Shown here in pieces: positions 12,853 through 23,085 of a stretch of DNA of 64,000 bases. Origin of the DNA: Haliotis rufescens (Eukaryota); assembly GCF_023055435.1 (NCBI RefSeq), contig NW_025964372.1, positions 992,001-1,056,000 on the forward strand, in the 5' to 3' direction. A program made the position numbers and the translations under genes. The notes beneath the pieces were generated by a model. It ran no database searches. It worked only from the letters and a program-made list of their open reading frames with translations, and was not told where the DNA came from. The stretch's first letter is position 1; each line of letters starts with the position of its first letter.

Positions 12853-13337
12853 AACTATTTTTAAATAGACCTTCCCTATGCAAATGTATCAACTGTATTG
12901 CCCCATACTCAAAATAAATAATATTTCTTCCACAACAGCGTTGTGTTATTTGTGGTTAATATAATTATGCTCCTTCATGCCTTTCAGTAACATCATAATT
13001 ATGCGTTTGTGAGGCATCACATATGGCGGGGAACTTTGATGCTTTGCATCAATGTTTTCTTGTTGATTGTATCATGTAGTTAAAACATCTGATACATGAT
13101 GCTTTGGCTGAACACAATGTATCTATACACACGGAGGGTGTTGCCTCCCTTTATTTTGGATTCGTGAGTTGTGTGACATGTCAACCCATTTCCTTCGTGA
13201 TTCATTACATAATATATTTAACAAACTTCTCGTCTCACCTTTGCCTAAACCACTGCAAATATAGGATGAATAAAGCATACACTAATATTTATGTAAAACT
13301 TGCCAGGAAAATCGAAATGTCATGTTTAACATTAGGG

Positions 13338-13616
13338 TGAGTGAGTGAGTTGGGTTTAACGCCGCTTTTAACAGTATTCCAGTTACATCACGTAGTGTCA
13401 GCCTAATGTGGGAGGAAAGCCCGAAGTGATGCAGGTATCAGACGTTAACCACTTCGGTGAAACCCACGAGCACGGGTATGGTGTTGACAAACCTAGAAAC
13501 ATAATTGCGGCGAACGGGGATTCGAACCCACAATCATAGGTTTCTGGCGTGCCCAAGGGACGCAACTCTGCACAGCGAATCGTGGCGCCCTAGACGACTG
13601 GGCCACCCGTGCCCCC
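13338..13616 (-). mobile_element. SINE family A, full-length, in likely 3' UTR of the minus-strand acyl-CoA synthetase
   Basis: TSD TTAACATTAGGG at 13326 and 13617. Confidence 0.92.
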
Positions 13617-13712
13617 TTAACATTAGGGAGCCCTGTTCACCAAACGCAAACAATTATTTGATGTAACGCTTAAACTTGTGTTCTCCTGATAGAATATACG
13701 CCTTATTGATGT

Positions 13713-15365
13713 CTACTCCAGCTGCAGCCTCTTTTGGGCAAACCTGGTGAGTTCTTTTCGATCCAACTTCAATGTCTTTGTGACAGGAAACGAATCAAAG
13801 AATAACACATACTTTGGAACAACATTCATATCCGACCTCACGGTCTCAGCCACGTCACCTCTAACAAAGGTTATGACATCCTCCCCTGTAAGGCGAGCTC
13901 CCTCCTCCAGTTGGACACAGGCACAAATCTCGTGGTGCATGACCTTGTCTGGCACCGGAACAATATAGTTCTGCTTAATACCAGGACATCTGGCAAGCTT
14001 TTCTTCCAGCCATGTGGGGTAGAGGATGTACTGACCGTGCATGATGGCATCCGAACTTCTTCCTTCCACAATCAGACAACCTTTGCCGTCAATGAACCCA
14101 ATATCATCTGTTCTGAACCATCCGTCTGACAGAAAGGCTGGATGTTTATCAGGAACATCAACATATCCTGCAGTTATTGTCTCTGAACGTATGAGAATTT
14201 CTCCACGAGTGTTCTCTGCCACACTGGCCATATTTGAATCAACTATTTTGGCCTCCACACCTGAAGCAAGAACCCCTGCCATGTTTTCCTTGAAAAGGCT
14301 CAGATTGGATTCCCTGAAACCGATGCCAGCAACATACCCAACCTCTGTTGAGGCATACAGGCAAAATATGGATTCTGTAAGCTGTCCAATGGTATCCAGA
14401 TACTCTCTGTGAAGAGGCTGTCCTCCCGTTACAATCATAGGAAGTTTCTTTCCTGAGGACTCCCAGATGTCCCTGCGTCCAAGAATGCCCATAAACTGAA
14501 AAGGGGCGAGGGTACAAACTTGGATGTCTTCTTTGCAGGCTACATCCCAAATAAATTGGAGTCTATCGGACACAGCCTCGGCTGTATCATCTATCAATAC
14601 CTGGGGGCACCCGGAATAAAGGTAATATACTGGGAAGCCCCCAATCCACCCAAGAGGACCACTACTGAAGCTTTTACTATGCTTGTCTTTCATTCCTGTA
14701 TCTTCAGTCAGTCTGAAGCACATCACCATCAGAGACCTGTGAGTATGCTGAACAAGTTTACTGTACCCTGAGGTGCCGGAAGTTGCAAATATGTAGGCAA
14801 CATCAGTTGGCTTGTGCTTCGGGATGTTCATGATGCTAGTTTCTATTGAAGGGAGAGTTTTCAGGAATAACGACTCTGGTTTTCTGGTTTTACAAAATGC
14901 AATGTTAGCCAGTGTTGGGACCTCCACACTCGTGGCGATAGGCATGTGTTGGTCTTCAGATACAATGGACACATGTTTCCTGCATATGTTCCATGCATCA
15001 TTCCCTTCATCTGGATCAATAACTAAGACTTTGCATTTTGCTTTGCGCATTGATTCAAGGATATCTTGCCCATCTGAACGTAGAATCTGTCCGTTCATGG
15101 ACACAGCACCCGTCAGCTGCACGCCAAAGTCCACCACAACTCTCTCTGGACTGTTCGGAAGAGACACGCACACCACATCGCCCGGCTGGACACCTTTCTG
15201 AGTCAGCCTGGCGGAAAATCTTCTCGACAGATCCAGGACATCGCCCCGAGACAGGACACATCTACCGTTAGGACTCCAGAAAATAAAGGCAGGTGTGTGT
15301 GGATCTGTTTCTCCCCAAAGCTTGATTCTGTCAGCAATAGTCTGGTCTTTGCATGCTTCTTCCAT
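13713..15365 (-). CDS. AMP-binding enzyme / acyl-CoA synthetase-like (ANL superfamily, ACSF2/4CL-like), 550 aa, intronless CDS
   Basis: Motifs IFATSGTSGYSK (P-loop), GGQP, YASTE, GEILIRS, DGWFRTDDIG, EGRSSDAI, PVTKTLKLDR. Splice acceptor CTTGCAG just upstream of the ATG. Confidence 0.93.
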   Translation of the reverse strand: MEEACKDQTIADRIKLWGETDPHTPAFIFWSPNGRCVLSRGDVLDLSRRFSARLTQKGVQPGDVVCVSLPNSPERVVVDFGVQLTGAVSMNGQILRSDGQDILESMRKAKCKVLVIDPDEGNDAWNICRKHVSIVSEDQHMPIATSVEVPTLANIAFCKTRKPESLFLKTLPSIETSIMNIPKHKPTDVAYIFATSGTSGYSKLVQHTHRSLMVMCFRLTEDTGMKDKHSKSFSSGPLGWIGGFPVYYLYSGCPQVLIDDTAEAVSDRLQFIWDVACKEDIQVCTLAPFQFMGILGRRDIWESSGKKLPMIVTGGQPLHREYLDTIGQLTESIFCLYASTEVGYVAGIGFRESNLSLFKENMAGVLASGVEAKIVDSNMASVAENTRGEILIRSETITAGYVDVPDKHPAFLSDGWFRTDDIGFIDGKGCLIVEGRSSDAIMHGQYILYPTWLEEKLARCPGIKQNYIVPVPDKVMHHEICACVQLEEGARLTGEDVITFVRGDVAETVRSDMNVVPKYVLFFDSFPVTKTLKLDRKELTRFAQKRLQLE

Positions 15366-15521
15366 TTTAGATGTATCTCCTGCAAGACACCATGGTACAT
15401 TTCATGACTGGTGTAAAAATGCGTGGGATATTAATATATGTAAACACATTAAACATGCAACACTCCATTCAGAAAGAATTCGCTAGTGGGATGGACATAG
15501 ATACACGTATCACTGAGCTGT

Positions 15522-15818
15522 GGGGGGCCTGGGGGGCCCAGTCGTCTAAGGCGCCGCGATTCGCTGTGTAGAGTTGCGTCCCTTGGGCACGCCAGAAACC
15601 TATGATTGTGGGTTTGAATCCCGGTTCGCCCCGATTATGTTTCTAGGTTTGTCAGCACCATACGCGTGCTCGTGGATTTCACCGAAGTGGTAAATGTCTT
15701 AGACCTGCATCACTTCGGGCTTTCCTCCCACATTAAGCTGACACGCCGCGATATAACTGGAAAACTGTTAAAAGCGGCGTTAAATCCAACTCACTCACTC
15801 ACTCACTCACTCACTCAC
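15522..15818 (+). mobile_element. SINE family A, full-length
   Basis: Head GGGGG..GGCCCAGTCGTCTAAGGCGCC, tail AAAAGCGGCGTTAAATCCAAC(TCAC)n; imperfect TSD CACTGA(G/C)CTGTG. Confidence 0.9.
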
Positions 15819-16017
15819 TGACCTGTGATGTGTGTAGGCAGCTGTACTTGGAGTAAGTACAATAACTGAAAGTCATCTCGTGAGTTCCTTTAGATTTCTG
15901 TCACATTAACAATTGTAACAGGTTGTAAATATCCATTACTGTAACTATGCCCATGTGGAATTAAAACAATGTTACTTTGAAGAATGATTAATCCGTTTAA
16001 TAATTTAAATATTAAAG

Positions 16018-16165
16018 TGAGTGAGTATCGTTTTACGTCGCCTAAGCAATAGTCCAGCAACATCACGGCGGGGGACACCAGAAATGGGCTTTTAACATAT
16101 CGGGAATCGAACCCGGGTCTTCGGCGTAACGAGCGAACGCTTTAACCACTAGGCTACCCCACCGG
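16018..16165 (-). mobile_element. SINE family B (short, tRNA-Asp/Val-like head)
   Basis: Reverse complement GGGTAGCCTAGTGGTTAAAGCGTTCGCTCGTTACGCCGAAGACCCGGGTTCGATTCCC...CCCCCGCCGTGAT...ACTCACTC. Confidence 0.88.
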
Positions 16166-17166
16166 ACCAGAAATATTAGGACTTGTTTCTAAGTCCTATC
16201 TTAATTCGTTCACGTGACTTAACTTCAGTAACATACATATGCACATGATATGCACAAATTGCGCTTCGCCTTCTCAATATGCCCTAAACTGGTGCATAAT
16301 TAATGCCTATATAACTTGTAAAATGGGGATCTATATAAGGTCTACCTACACGTATAATTGTGTTTTGCGAATGACGTTTAAACGAGTTTAATACAAATTA
16401 ATCTTTGGCTTTTCTTCACCATATATTGATTTAAATGTTTCTTACTCGTTATTGTAGACACAGAGTTTATAAGCTGGGCCTTCCTACCCTGAATATCATA
16501 TTAGAAATATATATTTCTCGTAATTTAAATTACTTGTAAAAGTTTTTGTCATTTCAATTATTTTCTCGTTACTTCAAGTTTATTCTTCTTATTTTAGTTT
16601 TTTCTCATTACTTCAAGATTTTCCCGTTACTTCCATTATTTTCTCGTTATTTCGATGATTTTCTTGTTACTTCAAATATATTTCAAATACTCGAAATTTT
16701 GATTTTTTTTCTTATTTCTTCGGTTTGTTCCCTCGTTACTTCGTTATTACAAGTTTATTTTAAAAGATCGAACTATTATATTATGAAAAAAAAAAAATTG
16801 ACATTACGAGAAAATAATCGAAGCAACGGGAAAAAATTAAAATTTTTGAGTTTTGAAACAAAAATAAAGCAATAATTGAAAAGAAAAGAAATTTCGATTT
16901 AAAAAAATCAAGTTTTGCTTCCAAAGTGATACCGTTAGGCTTTTGTACCCTTCTTGGCTCGATCGTGGCGCCACCCTGTGTAGATCTCGAATTATGTCCT
17001 TTGTAATAAAAACGCCACATAGCTACACAATGACTACCTGGTCGATCCGATAATGAAAACATTTGAGCTTTCATCCCTGACAGCCACACAAAATGATCAC
17101 AGGAAAGTTACATGCTACAGCCGCATGTCGCCCCTTTAATAGTAGAGGCGTGCAGACAACACAGTA

Positions 17167-17341
17167 CAGTAAAGTACGGTTATAACGAATTCAAAGGGAC
17201 CACTAATTTTAGTTCGTTATAACCGTAGTTCGTTATAAGCATATATACAGCATAACTACATCATATAGTCGGGACCTAAAAGTAAGTTCGTTATATCCGT
17301 CAGTTCGTTATAAGCGTGTTCGTTATAACCGTAGTTTACTG
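17167..17341. mobile_element. Tc1/mariner-pogo (Tigger-like) MITE
   Basis: TIRs CAGTAAA(G/C)TACGGTTATAACGAA, TA TSD on both sides; inverted, diverged copy at 35254-35425. Confidence 0.88.
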
Positions 17342-17981
17342 TATTAAGTAACATAATGATTGCACATCGCGGTAACATGAAACGCTCAGCAGAGGTTGAC
17401 TAAAAATAGCATTGCATCTCAGTCACTGAGATACGCGTTCAGTCTTTGCAGATAAAAAGCAATGACGTTTACCCTCAAATTTTAATATAAAAAAGTACTT
17501 GTTAATTGAAAACTTTGAACCACTTCGGAACTATTTGCCTTCGCTTAATATTTGAAATATCTTCAGCCCAAATTTCGATAGGTGAGGGCTGTAGCCATAA
17601 CAGCGACGTTTTCGGAACCCGGATGTTGATTATGTCAAACGTGTTCTGATTGGACTAATCACATGTGTGAAAGTCTTCTCATATTTTAGCACAGCAAAGT
17701 AGGCTTGAAATAGCAATAAACATGGCTGCTGTCGTCTAAACTTCACCCCTGAGTTTTGTCTTCCGTCATCACCCTGAACTACCATGCGAGGGCCGAAACG
17801 TACGCCCTTGTAAACTATAAGTGACCAAAGTACTGTCAGGCCTCGATATGGGGAAGTACCTATTGGGAGCAAGCCTTGAAACGAGAGGAGAGAGAGCTGT
17901 GAATTCTTTGGGTATATTCTAGCAAGTGTGTGGTCATATCATTCAAAATACATTAATTCGTATCAAATAATTACATGCGAT

Positions 17982-18190
17982 GATAATAATAATTATGATA
18001 ATATCCTAATACACTTCCAATTTAAGCCTGGGAATAAATACTAGGTATGGGGAATTGGCGTTTGTACGGTTAATTAAAATAATATCACAATGATAATAAT
18101 GATGATAGTAATATCCTAATACAGTTTCAATCTAAGCCTGGGAATAAATACTATGTTTGTTATATTGGAGTATGTACGGTAAATGAACAC
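17982..18190. repeat. ~110-bp tandem duplication (2 copies)
   Basis: TAATATCCTAATACA..TAAGCCTGGGAATAAATACTA..TGTACGGT occurs at ~18000 and ~18110. Confidence 0.8.
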
Positions 18191-18297
18191 AGAGTTACTA
18201 TACAATTAATGCAACCTTTACTAAAGTAATTACGATAATGACAACAGTTTACAGATAAATTGAGTAACTATAAGGAGACAACTCTATATGTGGTATC

Positions 18298-18458
18298 GGG
18301 GCGGTCGGGTAGCCTAGCGGTTAAAGCTTTAGCTCGTCACGCCGAAGACCCGGGTTCGATTCCCGACATGGGTACAATGTGTGAAGCCCATTTCTGGTGT
18401 CCCCCGCCGTGATATTGCTGGAGTATTGCTAAAAGCGGCGTAAAACCATACTCACTCA
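18298..18458 (+). mobile_element. SINE family B, full-length
   Basis: A/B boxes TAGCCTAGCGG and GGTTCGATTCC; tail CGCCGTGATATTGCTGGAGTATTGCTAAAAGCGGCGTAAAACCATACTCACTC. Confidence 0.9.
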
Positions 18459-19931
18459 TCGAGCGCCTATTTTGTTAACTACGGTAAATATGTATGACTT
18501 GTTCATATTAATTTGAATAATGGGAATACATACCTAGAGCATATACGGTAAACTGCGCAGAGTGGTTGGGTGACAAGGTAGACACAATTTTATGGATAAC
18601 AACTGTAAAAAGCGGCGGTTCGGTATAGAGCTACAGCACAGCGGGAAATGCGGAATTATACAGTATGATTGAACACATATAACTGTGTCTTGGGTATATT
18701 TTAAGATGCAAGACATATATAAAATAACAAATTATTTCTGAGGGATTCTTTGACGAAGAACTTGAAATCATACGCGCATTCTGATTGGTTTGTCGTATTT
18801 TCGCACATAACATTCATCGATAGGGGGACGAGTCTACTTGCAGGTTACGGAAATGGGCGAGTTGTGACGAATGGCAGGGTTGGGTGAAAACATAACATTT
18901 ACTACGGTAAAGACGGTAAACATTCATACCTGTTGTTTTTTTGTAATAAATTTACCGACGTACTAATTTCGGAGAGTACGGTAAAGAAAATAACCACGTA
19001 TTGGGAAGAAGGTACACGGTAGAAGGTATAGCTCAGTTTTACCGAGACATAGTAAGTTCAGTAGCGATGATTTTGGTGACTACTGTAATGTATTACGATT
19101 AGACGTTGCTTTACTATATATTGAGAGAGCTAGATAATAACAGATAATTGAGAGAGTACCGTAATTGTATACTTAATCGATGCACGTTTGAATGTACTTT
19201 GCTGACTGTCTTTAAATGACTACGGTAATTAAATTAGCATACAGGCTGTATATGCATTTGAACATATATTGATGAACAAAGAATATAGTTGTCGAAACAT
19301 AGAAAAGGAATATTGATTTCACATTTCAAAGATATAACTGGAGGAACCAACGACAACACACTTAACACACCATAAGGTGTTATTGCCTAAATATCGTTAC
19401 ACGGGAGTACTGATTCAAACTGAACCGAAAACAATTCTACTTTAGACGTAAAAAACACTAATATTTAAACATTTCTTACCTTTAAACGAGAGAAGAGAGA
19501 GCTGTGACGTCCTTTGTTTGTTTCAAGCAAGTGTGCCAAGGGGGTACATACCTCACAGCTCTCGTCTCACATGAACCACTTCTCGTATGTTCGTTGGACA
19601 CAATGGTATGCGCATGACTGAACTTGCTAAGGGCTGCTGGGTTTGAATAGTGTTGTGATAAATGAGCTATACCGTGCCTGGAGACTTGCCAATATAAAGA
19701 GTTCCTTTGTTAAGGATTATTTATGAAAAATATGGAAAAGTATCAAGAAACATATGCAGTGCAATAACACCAATATCATTGGTGAAATAGTTTCTTTCAA
19801 AAGTCATACTTGTCGGGAAATGGAATAAAATTCCTAGGGAGAAATAAGGCAAGAATTTCACTCTTGAAAGTTTGAGGACTGGTTGCCGAAAATGTGTATT
19901 CAAAAACGAACTAGGCTTCGAAAGGATAAAG

Positions 19932-21341
19932 AAATATCGGCGAAACCGCATTATCGGTGGTTCGAGAAGGGAGCTAACTCCGTTTGCCTAATCGAAAGTT
20001 CGAGGTGGGTCCACATTCGAAACTGAACGCACTTGTTGTTGAGAATATGTACTACGTAAACAAACCCGCATTACGAACTGCTATTTTGTCTATTTAAAAT
20101 AATTATTATGACTTATAATTGGATTAAAATGTACAAATGCGATGGCAATACAGCAGAACTCACTTCTACGAACATCGCCAAACTAGGTGGTGGGGTCATT
20201 AATATTCATGAGTTATTCCTTTTATGGAACAAGTTTGAGGCTTGTATCATGTCCGAGGTCAATTCAAGCGTAGACATATTTTCAGGCTTATATCGCCACC
20301 AACACTTATGATCAGATTGATGTGTTATACTGGAAAAGGTAGAATGGGTGGTATTGCCTCTGTAAATTTAATTTGAAGTAGATTTAAGTTTCTTGCTTTG
20401 TAACTATTTTTGTAAAACTAGTGTGGTCAGCTATGATGACGTTATTCAAACTTCAAAGATGTTTGTGCCTTTCGTGGAATTAACGTCACACGAAATGATT
20501 TATAAAGATATTTCCCATCAATATTAGAAAATATAAATAATATATAATGTCACATACCCATGCAAAGTAATGGCAAATGTGAGCCCACTAGCCTAAATGA
20601 CTTCTGTCAACCCAATGAAACCCAGCGATTTACATTTGAGGGCCCACCTGTTTCGATCACTATAAGACGGGAACATTGTGGGCCCACATTTTAGAAAATG
20701 GTTTTAAGTAAGCCAAGCTAATGAAGCTTAGCGATTTTGGAATGTGGTCCCTCCTGTTGCAATCACTATGACGGAAGAACGTCAACCCACTAAGCGATAA
20801 ACAAATGTGGGCCCACTTGTTTCGATCACCATATATGACGGGAACAATGTGGGCCCGCATTTGAGAAAATGATTTTCAATATTTAAGTAGAATTTCGCGA
20901 TTAATAAATGTGGTCCCTCCTGTTGCAATCAATATGACGGAAGAACGTCTGCCCACATTTAGGAATTGATTATCAGAACTAACGAAACAACCTAACGAAG
21001 CTAGGCGAAATACAAATGTACGTGGGCCCACTTGTTTCGAACACCATAGATCACGGGAAAGATGTGGTCCCACATTTTAGAAAATGTTTATCAGCACTAA
21101 ACCAATCTTAGAAGATGTACGGATGGAAACATAAATATATAATGCATTCAAACATTTAATTAAGAATACGTTTACCTTAGGGATAAGCTGGGCATTTAAT
21201 AGCTGGACCAACAACGTACGTACAGCGTGGGTGACGCCATTACTCGCAAATACGAAAACAACGGAGATAGCTCCCGTTTGAAATTAGAGTGACCTCCCTT
21301 TCCCAATATGAACCACTGATAATGCGGTTTCGACGAAATAT
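19932..21341. mobile_element. Putative non-autonomous DNA element with ~50-bp inverted termini and internal GTGGGCCCAC-containing repeats
   Basis: AAATATCGGCGAAACCGCATTATCGGTGGTTC..AAGGGAGCTAACTC (19932) is the inverted counterpart of GAGTGACCTCCCTT..GAACCACTGATAATGCGGTTTCGACGAAATAT (21288-21341); internal repeats at 20575-21090. Confidence 0.6.
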
Positions 21342-21543
21342 CTGCATTGTATTAATGCCTCTGTGCGCCGTGGGGCTTTTGTCCACAAAAGCAAAAGAAA
21401 AGGAATGAAACGAACGCTCAAACAACTGGGCTACCCAACCGCCCCTACCACATGTCAGGGATGAAATGGAACGACGTTAGCAACGTTGCAGCACCTCCGG
21501 CTAATCCTTCCTCAGAAATGGAATTCTAATCAATGAGGCGGTA

Positions 21544-21660
21544 GGGGCGGTTGGGTAGCCAAGTGGTTGAAGCGTTCGCTCGTCACGCCAAAGACCCGGG
21601 TTCGATTCCCGACATGGGTACAATATGTGAAGCCCATTTTCCGGTGTCCCCGCCGTCATA
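21544..21660 (+). mobile_element. SINE family B, 3'-truncated
   Basis: Family B head and body ending CCCCGCCGTCATA. Confidence 0.85.
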
Positions 21661-22824
21661 TTCCTCAAAGAGGCTGAGGTATCCACCCTGCATCAATGCT
21701 CTGTTGACTGTGTGAGTTTGCCTCGATCCAAGGCTGGCAATGTGTCACGTTAACTTTGTGTATATTTTTATCAAGTGCTGATAAAATACTATTTTTTTTC
21801 TGTGACCTAACACCGTCAAAGGGAAAAGAGATAACAAACAATTGGCTGCACTAAGGGAAAGCTGAATTCATTTGGACGGCAGGTGTACGACACAGGTAAC
21901 TATATTGTCCCACTTTTGATTCGTTTGAACATTTTACCATTACAGCCCGTGGAAATTTCATGGTATAATACGTCCCGTCTCAAAACGACCCGACATTTCT
22001 GCACACATGACCGCCGTGGTGACTTGTAACGGTGTAAGCCTTGACTAAATTTGACCCGTCGACCTCGCCAGCATATGACCGCCACGTGATGAAAACATCC
22101 TAGCTTGCTGTCGGCGACCATGAACGCCTTGTCATTCGGAAAAAAACCTGCATAAAGCTGGTAATCTGGTAGCGATGTGTGACGACGATATATCACTAAT
22201 ATATGTATTAGCAATGTAAATAACTGTTTGCAGTCAACAGGTTGGAACTATTTTCAAAACGGTGTATACAAGTATATTTTGAATATATTTCGGATAAAAA
22301 CGGAATAAGTAACCAACGTATATGTATGACTAACGACAACTAAACACAGAGACGCAATACTGTGCATCCGTGGTCGTGTTTGGGCAGAGGCCTGTTTGCT
22401 GTATGGGGACATGTGACCCCATCATTCGTTACCACTCGCCCTTTTCCGTAACAACACGAGTTGGACACGAATAGTGACTCTATTTCTCACGTTTAAACGC
22501 GAGTCTTCTTTGCGGTTACGGAAAGGGGCGAGGTTTGCCGATTGTACCTATGCCCGTCTTGAGATGTCCACAATGAGTATCGGGTGTTGATGGAGGTAAT
22601 AGTTTTCATATCACCATGACACATGTGCAACTTTACGTGGCTTACAGTTCGTATGTTTGATGTGGATTAGCTGTCCCAATCAAGGGCGGAACCGTCTGTG
22701 GCAATAACAGGTCAAGGTCACGCGGTTATTTTCGCAACAGTAAACGCAGGTCAAACTGTGACCCAGCTAACTGGCTGACATAGGGACTTATCACGGTTGC
22801 GGCCGCTTCACGGTTGGCTACAGG

Positions 22825-23040
22825 CAACTATGCTTGTCGTAAGAGGCCACTAACGGGATCGGGTGGTCAGGCTCGCTGACTTAGTTGACGCATGTCATCG
22901 TATCCTAATTGCATGGATCGATGCTCATGATGTAAATCACTGGATTGTCTGGTCTTGACTCAATTATTTTCAGACCGCCGTAATATAGCTGGAATTTGCT
23001 GAGTGCGGCGTTAAACAACTACAAACAAACTAAACAAACT
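22825..23040 (+). mobile_element. SINE-like family C, ending ~30 bp before the splice acceptor of the second acyl-CoA synthetase
   Basis: ATGCTTGTCGTAAGAGGCCACTAACGGGATCGGGTGGTCAGG...GCTGAGTGCGGCGTTAAACAACTACAAAC. Confidence 0.87.
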
Positions 23041-23085
23041 ATATTGGATATACAAAAGTGTATATTGTTTCAGCTACAAGCTAAT

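Noticed and set aside
13747-15400. Many short ORFs overlapping the ligase genes (also 23070-24540 and 37839-38714)
   Set aside because: Antisense or alternate-frame shadows of real coding sequence with no recognisable motifs.
18298-18375. Functional tRNA genes at tRNA-like sequences (also 21544, 24774, 56720, 57722)
   Set aside because: Acceptor stems do not pair properly, and each continues into a SINE body/tail, often with TSDs; these are SINE heads.
22996-23085. N-terminal 30 aa of the 576-aa ORF
   Set aside because: It starts at a non-ATG codon inside a SINE tail upstream of a splice acceptor; the real start is ATG 23086.
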